From NCBI GenBank assembly GCA_964445765.1, contig CAYULD010000003.1, forward strand, positions 76,571 through 140,570: 64,000 nucleotides of DNA. The letters run 5' to 3'. The position numbers and the translations under genes are program-made. This document shows, piece by piece, positions 8,685 through 18,842 of this stretch (positions are counted from its first letter, which is position 1; each line of letters starts with the position of its first letter). The stretch comes from an uncultured Rickettsiales bacterium (GTDB taxonomy: Bacteria > Pseudomonadota > Alphaproteobacteria > Rickettsiales > UBA8987). The notes beneath the pieces are model-generated. The model did not search any database. It was not told the DNA's origin and was given only the letters and a program-made list of their open reading frames with translations.

Positions 8685-10196
8685 TTATTTCTCGTAAAAT
8701 TTTGAGATTAATCTATCTAAAAGTTGAACACCAAAGCCAGTTGCAACATTAACTGGTGTAAGAGATTTTTCTTTAGTTGCCCACGCAACGCCGGCAATAT
8801 CTAGGTGTGCCCATTTTTTGCCATTTACAAATCTTTGTAAAAATTGAGCTGCGGTAATTGTGCCACCACCTTTCATATTGCTGATATTTTGAACATCTGC
8901 GATTTTAGAATCAATTTGCCTGTCATATTCATCACCCATAGGTAAACGCCAAACATTTTCTGAAACTTCTTCACCAGCTTCAAAAATTTGCTTGGCAAGA
9001 TTATCATCATTTGAAAGAAGCCCCGCTTTATGTTGCCCAAGTGCTATAACACAAGCACCAGTTAGGGTTGCAAGATCAATCATAAATTTAGGATTAAATC
9101 TTTGTTGGCAATACCATAATGCATCAGCAAGAACAAGCCTGCCTTCTGCATCAGTATTAAGAACTTCAACCGTTTGACCACTCATAGAAACAACTATATC
9201 ACTAGGCCTTTGAGCATTACCATCTGGCATATTTTCAACTAGACCAACTATACCAATTGCATTAACCTTTGCCTTTCTAGCAGCTAACGCACGAATTGCA
9301 CCAACCACCGCCGCAGAGCCAGCCATATCATATTTCATATCTTCCATTCCATCACTTGGTTTGATGCTAATTCCGCCAGTATCAAAACAAACGCCTTTAC
9401 CAACAAAAGCAACAGGCTGTTCATCTTTCTTTGATGCACCATTATAAATCATTATAACCATTCTTGATTCTTTAGTGCTACCTTGCCCAACACCCAGAAG
9501 AGTATTCATTCCAAGTTTTTGCATTTGTTTTGCGTCTAAAATTTCAACTTTAACATTTGCGATATTTTTGAAATCATCTTTAATCGCATTTGCATATGCT
9601 TCAGGGAAGATAACATTAGGTGGCTCACAAACATAGTTTCTTGCGGTGTAAACTGCATTTGCGATTGCCTCTAATTTAGTGAATTTTTCTGCGGATTTTT
9701 TATCATTAGCTGAGTTTATAATAAGATTTTTAAGGCTTGGCTTTTCCTCTTCCTTTTTCTTAGTGAAATATTTTGTAAAATTATAACCCTTAAGAATTGC
9801 CCCATAGGCTAAATTTGCTGAGGCCTCCGCATTATCAAGACCATAAAGATTTTTTTCAACCACTATAGAAGCATCAGAAATTCTAGCTTCTTGAAGGTGA
9901 GTTTGAATTTCAGCACCAAGCTCACGAGCTGATTTTTCAGGGTTTTTTTGCTTATCTTCGCCAATGCCAGCCAAAATAACTCTAGATATATTTTTATCGT
10001 TTAAGAAGACTGAAAGAAATTTTTTGCGTTTTCCATCAAACCCCCCTTCCGCAATAGCTTTTTTAATGATATTATTATTTAGGTTATCAATTTTTTTTAA
10101 CTCTTCAGAAAGGCTTAATTTATCATTAACTAGAAAAACTGAGTTAGAATTTTTATTAGTTAGATTCTGAAATTTGATATTAAAGGCTTTTTTCAT
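8685..10196 (-). CDS. pepA: Leucyl aminopeptidase (M17)
   Basis: NTDAEGRLVLADAL signature, VGKGVCFDTGG, 503 aa. Confidence 0.92.
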   Translation of the reverse strand: MKKAFNIKFQNLTNKNSNSVFLVNDKLSLSEELKKIDNLNNNIIKKAIAEGGFDGKRKKFLSVFLNDKNISRVILAGIGEDKQKNPEKSARELGAEIQTHLQEARISDASIVVEKNLYGLDNAEASANLAYGAILKGYNFTKYFTKKKEEEKPSLKNLIINSANDKKSAEKFTKLEAIANAVYTARNYVCEPPNVIFPEAYANAIKDDFKNIANVKVEILDAKQMQKLGMNTLLGVGQGSTKESRMVIMIYNGASKKDEQPVAFVGKGVCFDTGGISIKPSDGMEDMKYDMAGSAAVVGAIRALAARKAKVNAIGIVGLVENMPDGNAQRPSDIVVSMSGQTVEVLNTDAEGRLVLADALWYCQQRFNPKFMIDLATLTGACVIALGQHKAGLLSNDDNLAKQIFEAGEEVSENVWRLPMGDEYDRQIDSKIADVQNISNMKGGGTITAAQFLQRFVNGKKWAHLDIAGVAWATKEKSLTPVNVATGFGVQLLDRLISKFYEK

Positions 10197-10344
10197 AGGA
10201 AGATAAATTTAGTTTTTTATAATTAATATAGCTAATTTATAAAAGGTAAAATTAAAAACTTGATTAATTACTAAGGCTCTTGAATTTGCCTAAACTGTTA
10301 CTAAATCTATACATTAATAATGTATGGTATTTTAGACTAAAGTC

Positions 10345-10400
10345 TGTCATGTTGAGCGTAGCGAAACATCTAGAGATCCTTCGCTTTGCTCAAGATGGCA
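10345..10400. repeat. Palindromic intergenic repeat, family A (GTCATTCTGAGC..GCGAAG..ATC type)
   Basis: The arms tgtcatgttgagcgtagcgaaacatc and gatccttcgctttgctcaagatggca are inverted copies. Related copies lie at 54580 and 58706. Confidence 0.8.
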
Positions 10401-10440
10401 TATCATACCTAAAAATAAGTTACTCTATAACACTAAAGCT

Positions 10441-12345
10441 ATGACTAAAGAAACTCTAAAATTTTCGGCAGAAACTGATAAGGTTTTTAACCTTATGGTG
10501 CATTCCTTATATCAAAATAAAGATATTGTTTTAAGGGAGCTTATTTCTAATGCATCAGATGCTTGTGATAAATTAAGATATTTCGCAATTCAAAAGCCAG
10601 AATTGCTTGGCTCAGACGAATTGAAAATCAGCATTGAGCTTGATAAAAAAAATCGCCTGCTTAAAATTTCTGATAATGGCATTGGAATGTCTAGGGAGAA
10701 TCTAATTGAAAATCTCGGCACAATCGCAAGAAGTGGCACTCAGAAATTTTTAGAAAATGTTGCGAATGATAATTTCAAAGATAACCATCTTATAGGGCAG
10801 TTTGGGGTTGGCTTTTATTCTGCTTTTATGATTGCAGATAATGTGAATGTAATATCACAATATGCAGGTGAAACTCAAGCTCACATCTGGAATTCAAGAG
10901 GTGATGGGGAATTTACTATTGAAGAATCTTCAGCAAATATAGGCAGGGGAACAATTATAACGCTTCATATAAAAGAAGGTGAAGATGATTTTTTAGATAA
11001 ATTTCACCTCAAAAATATTATTAATAATTATTCAAATCATATTGCTTTCAAAATTTATTTCAAAGATGAAGAAAGTCCTGAAATTCTAGTTAATGAAGGC
11101 AAAGCATTATGGCTAAAAAATAAAAATGAAATCTCACAAGAAGAATATAATGAATTTTATGAATCTATTTCATATTTAGGTGATGATAAACCATATTTAA
11201 CCATTCATAATAAAGCAGAAGGCTTGGTTGAATATAATTCTCTATTATATATCCCTTCAAAAAAGCCATTTGATTTATATCACCCTGATAGGTTAACTCG
11301 CTTAAAACTATACATAAAACGAGTTTTAATTTCTGAAAATTTAGATGTAATACCAGCTTATTTAAGGTTTATTCGTGGTGTTGTAGATAGCAATGATTTA
11401 CCGCTTAACATAAGCAGAGAAACTATTCAAAATAATAATGTAATGCAGAAGATTAAAACTTCTATTACTAAAAAAATCTTAAAAGAATTAGCTCAAAAAC
11501 TTAATAATGATAGAGAAAATTATATAAATTTCTGGCAAAATTTTGGTGCCGTTCTTAAAGAAGGTTTATGTGATGGGCTTGAACCTAGAGATGAAATTTT
11601 AGAAGCTTGTTTATTTCAAACCAGTAAATCTGAGGAATTTATCAGCCTTAAACAATATATTGAAAATATTAAAGAAAATCAAAAAGCAATTTATTATATT
11701 AACGCATCTGATAGAAAGTCAGGCCTTGATAATCCTCAAATAGAAGGTTTTATAAAAAGAGGTTTTGAGGTTATAATTTTAACCGATAATGTTGATGATT
11801 TTTGGGTTAATGTTCTGCACGAATATAAAGGGCATAAATTCAAATCAGTTATTAAATCAGGTGATGATTTAGAGGCAATAAATGATGATAATGATTCAGA
11901 TAAAAGCTCAAAAAACGCAGAGGAATCAAAAAATTCTAAAGCAGAAAATAATGAAAATTTAGATAGTTTAATTACTCTAATAAAAGAAGTTTTGGGCGAT
12001 AAGGTAAGCTCAGTTAAAAAGACTTATAAATTATCAGAAAGCCCAGCTTGCCTCTCAGTTCCAGAAGGGGCAATGGATATTAGGCTTGAGAGATTTTTGC
12101 TAGAAAATAAGCAAATTCAAGCACCTACAGCAAAGATTTTTGAAATCAATCCGGAGCATAATATCATCAAAAAATTAGCAAAAATTTCAGCTATGGATAA
12201 AGAAAATAATTCTGAAAATTTAGAAAAGGCAAAAAATTTAATTTTACTTTTATTCGCTGAAGCAAATATTATTGAAGGTGAGCCAGTTCCAGATATTAAA
12301 CATTTTACGAACAACTTAAATAAATTGATTGAGGCAAATTTGTAA
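10441..12345 (+). CDS. htpG: Hsp90-family chaperone
   Basis: LRELISNASDACDKLRY signature, GQFGVGFYSAFM, 634 aa. Confidence 0.95.
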   Translation: MTKETLKFSAETDKVFNLMVHSLYQNKDIVLRELISNASDACDKLRYFAIQKPELLGSDELKISIELDKKNRLLKISDNGIGMSRENLIENLGTIARSGTQKFLENVANDNFKDNHLIGQFGVGFYSAFMIADNVNVISQYAGETQAHIWNSRGDGEFTIEESSANIGRGTIITLHIKEGEDDFLDKFHLKNIINNYSNHIAFKIYFKDEESPEILVNEGKALWLKNKNEISQEEYNEFYESISYLGDDKPYLTIHNKAEGLVEYNSLLYIPSKKPFDLYHPDRLTRLKLYIKRVLISENLDVIPAYLRFIRGVVDSNDLPLNISRETIQNNNVMQKIKTSITKKILKELAQKLNNDRENYINFWQNFGAVLKEGLCDGLEPRDEILEACLFQTSKSEEFISLKQYIENIKENQKAIYYINASDRKSGLDNPQIEGFIKRGFEVIILTDNVDDFWVNVLHEYKGHKFKSVIKSGDDLEAINDDNDSDKSSKNAEESKNSKAENNENLDSLITLIKEVLGDKVSSVKKTYKLSESPACLSVPEGAMDIRLERFLLENKQIQAPTAKIFEINPEHNIIKKLAKISAMDKENNSENLEKAKNLILLLFAEANIIEGEPVPDIKHFTNNLNKLIEANL

Positions 12346-12382
12346 TTGCAACAATTTTTCAAAAATTTATTTTAATTATATA

Positions 12383-12416
12383 CCCTCTCACTTTAGGAGA
12401 GGGCTAGAGTGAGGGC
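12383..12416. repeat. Palindromic repeat, family B (CCCTCTC...GGAGAGGG...GTGAGGGCAAA)
   Basis: ccctctcactttaggagagggctagagtgagggc lies just downstream of the htpG stop. Related copies lie at 44676 and 60329. Confidence 0.7.
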
Positions 12417-12440
12417 AAAATATAAAATAAATAAAACCCA

Positions 12441-12608
12441 ATGATATTTGAATTTACAAAATTAGGCTCTTATGTAAAAGTTTGCGTGGTTGAAGAAGAA
12501 ACCGGCCTAGAAGCAGTTGTTACTTGCCCTTCAAACATTAGCAGATCTGAAATGGAGCAACACGCACTTAACCGCCTAAAATATCTAAAATCTAAAAATT
12601 ATGGATAA
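12441..12608 (+). CDS. Small conserved alphaproteobacterial protein (DUF6898-like), 55 aa
   Basis: Not in the ORF track because it is under 60 aa. Translates as MIFEFTKLGSYVKVCVVEEETGLEAVVTCPSNISRSEMEQHALNRLKYLKSKNYG, which matches my recollection of a family with an IEF..G..VKV.A.D..TG.E core. Overlaps the pdxH 3' end by 10 nt. Confidence 0.5.
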   Translation: MIFEFTKLGSYVKVCVVEEETGLEAVVTCPSNISRSEMEQHALNRLKYLKSKNYG

Positions 12609-13177
12609 AGAAGTTGTTTAACCCAAATTTTATTTTCAAGTTTATAAACTTCTCTCTGGTGAATTCTAAATTCGCCCGCTTGCCAAAATTCAATATAATT
12701 TGGAATTACCCTCCAACCGCCCCAGTTTTTCGGTCTTGGAATTTCTTTGCCTAAAAATTTTTTTCTATTTTCATCTAATTCAGCGAGAAATTTTTCTCTG
12801 CTTTCCATAGTTTGTGATTGCTTAGAAGTTATCGCACCAATTCTGCTTTCAATCGCTCTTGAAGAAAAATATTTATCACTTTCAGCATCTGAAACCTTTT
12901 CAACGCTACCTTCTATACGAATTTGTTTATCTAGTGCTGGCCAATAAAAACAAAGTGCTGCGAAAGGGTTTTCAGCAATTTGAAGGGATTTTCTGCCGTT
13001 ATAATTTGTATAAAAAACAAAACCTCTCTCATCAAAATTTTTAAGAAGAACAATTCTAACTGAGGGTTTGCCAGCTTTATCAGCGGTTGCTAAAGACATT
13101 TCCGTATGATCTTTAACTAAATTATTTTGTGATGCTTCATTATACCACTCAGAAAATTTTTTGATTATTTCTTCCAT
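12599..13177 (-). CDS. pdxH: Pyridoxamine 5'-phosphate oxidase
   Basis: IRIEGSVEKVSDAESDKYFSSR...IGA..SKQS, ends with the typical RLxP-like tail, 192 aa. Confidence 0.9.
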   Translation of the reverse strand: MEEIIKKFSEWYNEASQNNLVKDHTEMSLATADKAGKPSVRIVLLKNFDERGFVFYTNYNGRKSLQIAENPFAALCFYWPALDKQIRIEGSVEKVSDAESDKYFSSRAIESRIGAITSKQSQTMESREKFLAELDENRKKFLGKEIPRPKNWGGWRVIPNYIEFWQAGEFRIHQREVYKLENKIWVKQLLYP

Positions 13178-13276
13178 AAAATTATTTTTTCAAATTAATA
13201 TTGCTAATTTATTACACCGACAATATAACTAAATATAGTATTAAATTTTCTTAAAAAACTCAAAAAATTTTACTTT

Positions 13277-14713
13277 ATGGTTCTCAACTTACAAGTTCCT
13301 GAAAAGATAAATCTTAAGCCAACTATAACCGTTATAGGTGTTGGTGGTGCGGGCGGTAATGCAGTTAATAATATGATAGAATCTGGCGTTGATGGCGTTA
13401 GATTTGTTGTTGCAAATACTGATGCCCAAGCGATTGATGCTGCGAGAGCATCTCATAAAATTCAACTTGGAATTAATGTTACGCAAGGCTTGGGTGCTGG
13501 TTCTTATCCAGAAGTTGGTAAAGCAGCTGCTGAAGAATCTATTGAAGAAATTTTAGATTTTATGCAAGGTAGTAATATGGTTTTTGTAACCGCTGGAATG
13601 GGCGGTGGCACTGGCACAGGTGCAGCACCAGTTATTGCTAGGCTTGCTAGAGAGCAAGGTATTTTAACTGTTGGCGTTGTTACTAAACCATTTCATTTTG
13701 AAGGAACACACAGAATGAGGGTTGCAGAGCTTGGCTTGCAAGAGCTTCAGAAATATGTTGATACAATGATTGTTATTCCCAATCAAAATTTATTCAGGGT
13801 TGCTGATAAAAATACTACTCTAAAACAAGCATTTAACCTTGCAGATTCCGTTCTTAAATCAGGCGTGAGGGGAATTACAGATTTAATGATTATGCCGGGG
13901 CTTGTGAATCTTGATTTTTCAGATGTTCGTGCTGTAATGAGTGAGATGGGCAAAGCTATGATGGGAACAGGCGAAGCAGAGGGTGAAAATAGGGCTATAA
14001 AAGCAGCGGAAGCCGCTATTGCAAACCCACTTCTTGATAATGTTTCTATGCAAGGTGCTAGGGGTGTTTTAATTAACATTACAGGTGGGCCAGATTTAAC
14101 TTTATTTGAAGTTGATGAAGCCGCAAACAGAATTAGAGAAGAAGTTGATGAAAATGCAAATATTATTTTTGGTTCAACTTTTGATAATAGCTTAGAAGGT
14201 AAAATTAGGGTTTCAGTGGTTGCCACAGGTATAGATAGCGAAGTGCAAAAGCCAAAATTAAGCGGTTTTCAAAATAGCCAAAATAATAATTCAAACAAAT
14301 TTAATGCTCGCCCTGAGATTGTTTCAAATAATGCATTTGAAGCACCAAGAAAAAGAGATGAAGAAGATTTTAGAGAAGAAAATAAAGATGTTTTTATCTC
14401 AAAAGAGCCTGTAAATCCTGAGTTTTCACAACCTCAAAATCCTGCTTCCGCATCTTATGCTAGAGGTGGTGAGATAGGAAATAGGGGTAGTAACAACCAG
14501 CAAAATAATGTTGCGAAGCCAGTTTCAACATCAGGTTTATTTAGTTCTATTTTCTCAAGATCACCAAAAAATCAGCCGGAAAAACCTACGCAATTTTCGC
14601 TTATTCAAGAGGAAGCTGAAACTAAAAATGATGCAACGGCAACCCACGCAAGAAAGCCACAAATTGATGAAGATGTTATTGATATTCCAGCTTATCTGAG
14701 AAGGAAAGGTTAA
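13277..14713 (+). CDS. ftsZ: Cell division protein FtsZ
   Basis: [26 protein letters not shown], long disordered linker, C-terminal DIPAYLRRK peptide. Confidence 0.96.
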   Translation: MVLNLQVPEKINLKPTITVIGVGGAGGNAVNNMIESGVDGVRFVVANTDAQAIDAARASHKIQLGINVTQGLGAGSYPEVGKAAAEESIEEILDFMQGSNMVFVTAGMGGGTGTGAAPVIARLAREQGILTVGVVTKPFHFEGTHRMRVAELGLQELQKYVDTMIVIPNQNLFRVADKNTTLKQAFNLADSVLKSGVRGITDLMIMPGLVNLDFSDVRAVMSEMGKAMMGTGEAEGENRAIKAAEAAIANPLLDNVSMQGARGVLINITGGPDLTLFEVDEAANRIREEVDENANIIFGSTFDNSLEGKIRVSVVATGIDSEVQKPKLSGFQNSQNNNSNKFNARPEIVSNNAFEAPRKRDEEDFREENKDVFISKEPVNPEFSQPQNPASASYARGGEIGNRGSNNQQNNVAKPVSTSGLFSSIFSRSPKNQPEKPTQFSLIQEEAETKNDATATHARKPQIDEDVIDIPAYLRRKG

Positions 14714-14725
14714 TATTTTACAATT

Positions 14726-15457
14726 TTGAATTTATTTGCTGAAAAAATCTTAAACTTTATTTTACCACCTAGATGCATATGCGGTAAAAAATTTGTTTCT
14801 GAGTGTAATTCAATTTGTGCCGAATGTTTTTCAGAATATTGCATTACAAGTAATTTTGAATGCTCCAAATGTGGCAACCCATTACAATATGATTTTGGTG
14901 AAAATGCTTTATGTGCGGAATGCATTGAAAACCCGCCAAATTTTGATAAAGGCAGGTTTGTTTTTGCTTATAACAAACTTACCAGTAAAATAATTTCAAG
15001 GTTTAAGTATTCAGATAAAACTTTTGCAAGCCAAAAAATTTCTCAATTAATGGTAAATAAAATTTTACCATTTCATAAAAATAATGAATTTGAAATTGTA
15101 ACTAGCATTCCAATATCTCGTAAAAAACTTATTAGCCGAAAATATAATCAATCTGCCTTACTTGCTAATCAAATTGCTGAAATATTAAAATTAAAATGTG
15201 ATAATCAAATTTTATTTAGAAATAGGAATGTTGCACCGCAAGCCTCTCTGAATAGAACAGAAAGATTAAAAAATATGAAAAATGTTTTTGATATATCACC
15301 AAAAAAGAAACGCTTAATTGCTGGAAAAAATATTTTGCTAATTGATGATGTTTTAACAACTGGTGCAACGCTAAATGAAGCCTCAAAAATTCTTAAAAAA
15401 AATGGTGCAAATAAAATTTATACTTTAACTTTTGCAAAAACTTTTTTGGGTGATTAA
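14726..15457 (+). CDS. comF: ComF-family phosphoribosyltransferase-domain protein
   Basis: N-terminal double CxxC zinc ribbon, C-terminal LIDDVLTTGATL PRTase motif, TTG start. Confidence 0.8.
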   Translation: MNLFAEKILNFILPPRCICGKKFVSECNSICAECFSEYCITSNFECSKCGNPLQYDFGENALCAECIENPPNFDKGRFVFAYNKLTSKIISRFKYSDKTFASQKISQLMVNKILPFHKNNEFEIVTSIPISRKKLISRKYNQSALLANQIAEILKLKCDNQILFRNRNVAPQASLNRTERLKNMKNVFDISPKKKRLIAGKNILLIDDVLTTGATLNEASKILKKNGANKIYTLTFAKTFLGD

Positions 15458-15458
15458 G

Positions 15459-16436
15459 TTATATGCTAATTTCATTTTCTGATTTTTTAATATTAGGTGG
15501 AGCAGGAAAAGATTCATTAGGGATATATTCAAAGCATAAATTCTCAATATTTTCTAAATCTTCTATTAAGCCAAATTTTCCTTCCCCTGATGATATTTTA
15601 ACCTTTCCTTTGCATTCAGGATTTTTTAGTAAATCATTTTTCAAACTTATATTTCCATAAGATATAGATATAGTTGGAACTTTATTATTAATTGCATTAT
15701 TAACAAAGCCTAAAACTGCAGAATTTGACATTTGATAATCTGACTTGCCAGAATAAAACATTCCTATAGAAATTGCTCTATTTGAAAATTTATATCCATC
15801 ATTCGGTCTACTAGAAGATAAAAAAGTAGAATAATTATCAGCAAAACTCTGTCTATCTTTTTCGCTCCAATTAGATTTATTTAACGCTAAAATTTTAGAC
15901 TTAAAATCTGGTTGCGCGGATATTTCACCTGATAAATTTCTTGTTAAAAATCTTGAATTATTATGATAAATTTCAATCAAAAGCCCCATATAAAAATCTT
16001 TTGGGATTGAATTAATATCTAAATTTATCCCATATTTGGGGTTTGTTAAAATATTATCTAGGCTTGTTTTTTTACTTTTGATAGTTTCTTTTAGTAAAAT
16101 TTTGGCAAAGCCTTCTGATATAGGTTTGTTGTGCAGTTGTGAAAACGCAGGAGGCTTATCTTTATCTTGATTATTTCCATAGGCTTTTACGGCATTATTA
16201 TAAATTTTTTCGGCATCGTAAGAATATATATTAAAACCATAGCCTATAGTTTTCGCACCATTGGGCCCATCTAAATAGCTGTTAAAACTTAAACCTTCAA
16301 TTTTAATAATTGCATTTGCAACTGCATCTATAACATTTTTGCTATTTTTAAGAGAGTTAAAAAAACTAGGTTTTATAGACAAACTTTCACCCTCATCGGC
16401 TTTAGAAATAATCCTAATTTCTGGAGTATTTACCAT
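15459..16436 (-). CDS. GH24 (phage T4-type) lysozyme-like domain protein with a long unknown C-terminal region
   Basis: IEGLSFNSYLDGPNGAKTIGYG matches the E-x8-D-x5/6-T(I/V)G.G catalytic pattern of T4/P22-type lysozymes. No signal peptide is visible. 325 aa. Confidence 0.6.
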   Translation of the reverse strand: MVNTPEIRIISKADEGESLSIKPSFFNSLKNSKNVIDAVANAIIKIEGLSFNSYLDGPNGAKTIGYGFNIYSYDAEKIYNNAVKAYGNNQDKDKPPAFSQLHNKPISEGFAKILLKETIKSKKTSLDNILTNPKYGINLDINSIPKDFYMGLLIEIYHNNSRFLTRNLSGEISAQPDFKSKILALNKSNWSEKDRQSFADNYSTFLSSSRPNDGYKFSNRAISIGMFYSGKSDYQMSNSAVLGFVNNAINNKVPTISISYGNISLKNDLLKNPECKGKVKISSGEGKFGLIEDLENIENLCFEYIPNESFPAPPNIKKSENEISI

Positions 16437-16439
16437 AAA

Positions 16440-16883
16440 TTAAAAATTGCTTTGATAGATTTGTGGTTGCTCGTTAAGATTTTCATTATTTACAGCAGGG
16501 GTTAATTGCTGATTTTGAAAATTCTGAGTACTGTTTTTTGGTTGAACTGGCGCAATATATTTATCAGGGGTGCCACAACCTTTTATTTCAAAAACCCTTG
16601 TTAAATATTCTTTTCTAGATTGAGCGGCGATAATTGCCTCATCCGCATCCATATATGTATCAATATAGCCAAGTGGCATTACTATAGATTTAACGCCAAT
16701 AGATTTTTTTTCTTGTGCTTGTTTTTTATAAAATTCCGCATCATTAATCTCAAGCATAATATCACTGCAAGAGAAGTCTCTATCAGTTTTTTTCATAGGC
16801 TCCACCTTAACTGATTCTTCACCGCAAGAAGATAAAATTATAGAGATTAAACAAAGTTGAAATGTAGCAAAAATATTTTTCAT
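16440..16883 (-). CDS. Lipoprotein, function unknown
   Basis: Lipobox ILSSC after a hydrophobic leader (MKNIFATFQLCLISIILSSC). Its stop lies 3 nt before the lysozyme-like gene start. Confidence 0.65.
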   Translation of the reverse strand: MKNIFATFQLCLISIILSSCGEESVKVEPMKKTDRDFSCSDIMLEINDAEFYKKQAQEKKSIGVKSIVMPLGYIDTYMDADEAIIAAQSRKEYLTRVFEIKGCGTPDKYIAPVQPKNSTQNFQNQQLTPAVNNENLNEQPQIYQSNF

Positions 16884-17137
16884 AACTTATTAATTTTATT
16901 TATTGGGATTATAGTGATTTAGCATTGAAAATCTATAATTTTCTTGCTTTATCTATAAGCAAAACAGGAATGTTATTGATGATGGGGAAGGCAAGTTTTA
17001 CTTTTTCAGATATTAATTCCATAGTTTTGGGTGAAAATTTTAATGGCGTTTTAGTTAAAGGGCAGGCTAAAACTTTTAATATATTTTCATCAAACTTATT
17101 GTTTTCTAACATTTTTATTTAATATTTTTTTAGAGTT

Positions 17138-17749
17138 ATGCAAGAAACTGAAGGCAAAACAATCATAGAAAAACTTTATATACTGAAAAGTTATAATCAA
17201 GATAAAATATCAATTTTAGAGATAAATCAAATTCTAGGTAGGAATGCAATTCAACTTTTGGTTGCTTTATTTGCAACGCCTATGCTATTGCCAGTTACTG
17301 CATTTCCGGGTTTATCACAAATTACAAGTTTTGTTTTAATATTACTTCTTTCGCAGTTGATAATTGGTAATAGAATAATTTGGCTTCCAAGTAGGGTAAA
17401 AAATTATAAAATTGATAATAATTTTCTTCAAAAAATCTTACAAATAATATTTAAGTATAGAGATAAATTTTCAAATTTTATAAAGCCTAGAATGATTTTT
17501 CTAAGCACTAAAAATTTTAATAAATTTCACTATTTTTATTTAATATTCATAGTTTTGGTTATGGCGTTGCCGATTCCCGCACCTTTTGCAAATACTATAC
17601 CAGCATTATCAATAATTTTAATTACATTTGGAATTATTGAAAGGGAAGGGGCTTCAATTATAATTGGCTATTTATTTGGCTTTTTGGGAACAGCCTATAT
17701 GGTTTTAATGATAATTTTAGGAAAAGAATTTTATAAAATATTATTTTAA
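17138..17749 (+). CDS. ExoD-family membrane protein
   Basis: The ...LLVALFATPMLLPVTAFPGLS... layout and WLP motif are typical of exopolysaccharide synthesis ExoD family proteins. 203 aa. Confidence 0.65.
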   Translation: MQETEGKTIIEKLYILKSYNQDKISILEINQILGRNAIQLLVALFATPMLLPVTAFPGLSQITSFVLILLLSQLIIGNRIIWLPSRVKNYKIDNNFLQKILQIIFKYRDKFSNFIKPRMIFLSTKNFNKFHYFYLIFIVLVMALPIPAPFANTIPALSIILITFGIIEREGASIIIGYLFGFLGTAYMVLMIILGKEFYKILF

Positions 17750-18819
17750 TTCACTATATTTATATGTCCAAGTTTTCTGCCAGATTTTACTTCTTTTTTG
17801 CCATATAAATGGATTTTAGCTTTCGTATTTTTTTGATATTCAGATAAATTATAAATATCTTCACCGATAATATTTTCCATTCTAATTTTATTACATATTA
17901 ACTGGGGTTTAATTAATTTTAAGCCAGTTATTGCCCTGATATGTTGCTCAAATTGGCTGATATTACAGCCATCCATAGTCCAGTGACCAGAATTATGAAC
18001 CCTTGGTGCAATTTCGTTAATTGAAACTTCACCATTTTTTAATACAAAAAATTCAACAGCTAAAACCCCAACATAATTTAGAAGCTCTGCAATTTTAATA
18101 GCGGTTGTAATTGCTTTTTTAGAAGTGTTTTGTGGCAGATTTATAGGCAATTCAGATATTCTTAAAATACCATTTTTGTGAGTATTTTTACCGATTGGAA
18201 AAATTTCAATTTCTCCAGATAAATTTCTGGCTAAAATAACAGAAATTTCAAAATCAAAATCAACAAATTCTTCTAAAATAATTGAGTTAAAATTAAGCTC
18301 TTGCCAAATTTTATCAAAATCATCATTTTTATTAACTCTTGCTTGACCTTTGCCATCATAGCCATAATCTGCGGTTTTCAGAATTGCATTTTCAATTTCA
18401 AGCTCGTTAAATGCTTTGGTAATATCAGAGCTATTAATACAATGCCTAAAACGATGCGTGGGAAGGTTGTTATCTCTAAAAAAACTTCTTTCACGAAGCC
18501 TATTTTGTGCAGTATATATTGCTTTTGAAGGCGGTTGTGTGGGCTTAATTTTTTCTAAAAACTCTATTGATTGATAGGGAATATTTTCAAATTCATAAGT
18601 TATATAATCAGATTCATCTGCCAAATTTTTTAGTGCGGAATAATCATCATAATTGGCAAATATAATTTTATCGCAGATATTTTCAGCGGGCTGTTTTTCA
18701 GAGGTTTTGGGCGTTAAGCAAATAGTTTTGAAGCCTAATTTTTTAGCGGCTTCTACTAACATCATACCAAGTTGTCCAGCACCTAAAATAGCAATTTTAT
18801 TATTATTTTTATTTGTCAT
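17746..18819 (-). CDS. purK: N5-carboxyaminoimidazole ribonucleotide synthase
   Basis: IAILGAGQLGMML, ATP-grasp core, NEIAPRVHNSGHWT, 357 aa. Confidence 0.9.
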   Translation of the reverse strand: MTNKNNNKIAILGAGQLGMMLVEAAKKLGFKTICLTPKTSEKQPAENICDKIIFANYDDYSALKNLADESDYITYEFENIPYQSIEFLEKIKPTQPPSKAIYTAQNRLRERSFFRDNNLPTHRFRHCINSSDITKAFNELEIENAILKTADYGYDGKGQARVNKNDDFDKIWQELNFNSIILEEFVDFDFEISVILARNLSGEIEIFPIGKNTHKNGILRISELPINLPQNTSKKAITTAIKIAELLNYVGVLAVEFFVLKNGEVSINEIAPRVHNSGHWTMDGCNISQFEQHIRAITGLKLIKPQLICNKIRMENIIGEDIYNLSEYQKNTKAKIHLYGKKEVKSGRKLGHINIVN

Positions 18820-18842
18820 TAATCAGATTTTTTTTAGTTCTT

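Noticed and set aside
10279-10308. Possible sigma-32 type heat-shock promoter upstream of htpG (CTTGAA, 16 nt, CTAAATCT)
   Set aside because: The -35 part matches, but the -10 part is a poor fit to CCCCATNT/CYTATNT consensus forms. In DNA this AT-rich such a match is not significant without transcript mapping.
13241-13254. CtrA-box-like TTAA-N6-TTAA upstream of ftsZ
   Set aside because: The spacing is 6, not the canonical 7, and TTAA is extremely frequent in this composition.
13783-14226. 147-aa antisense ORF inside ftsZ. Similar antisense ORFs lie at 43607-44062, 45202-45555, 8992-9177, 23042-23308 and 25327-25521.
   Set aside because: They lie opposite strongly supported conserved genes in the locally more GC-rich stretches. 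No start context or recognisable motifs; these are typical shadow ORFs.
16925-17122. 65-aa ORF in the 254-nt spacer between the lipoprotein gene and the exoD-like gene
   Set aside because: TTG start, no RBS, no recognisable features. The spacer more likely holds the two divergent promoters.
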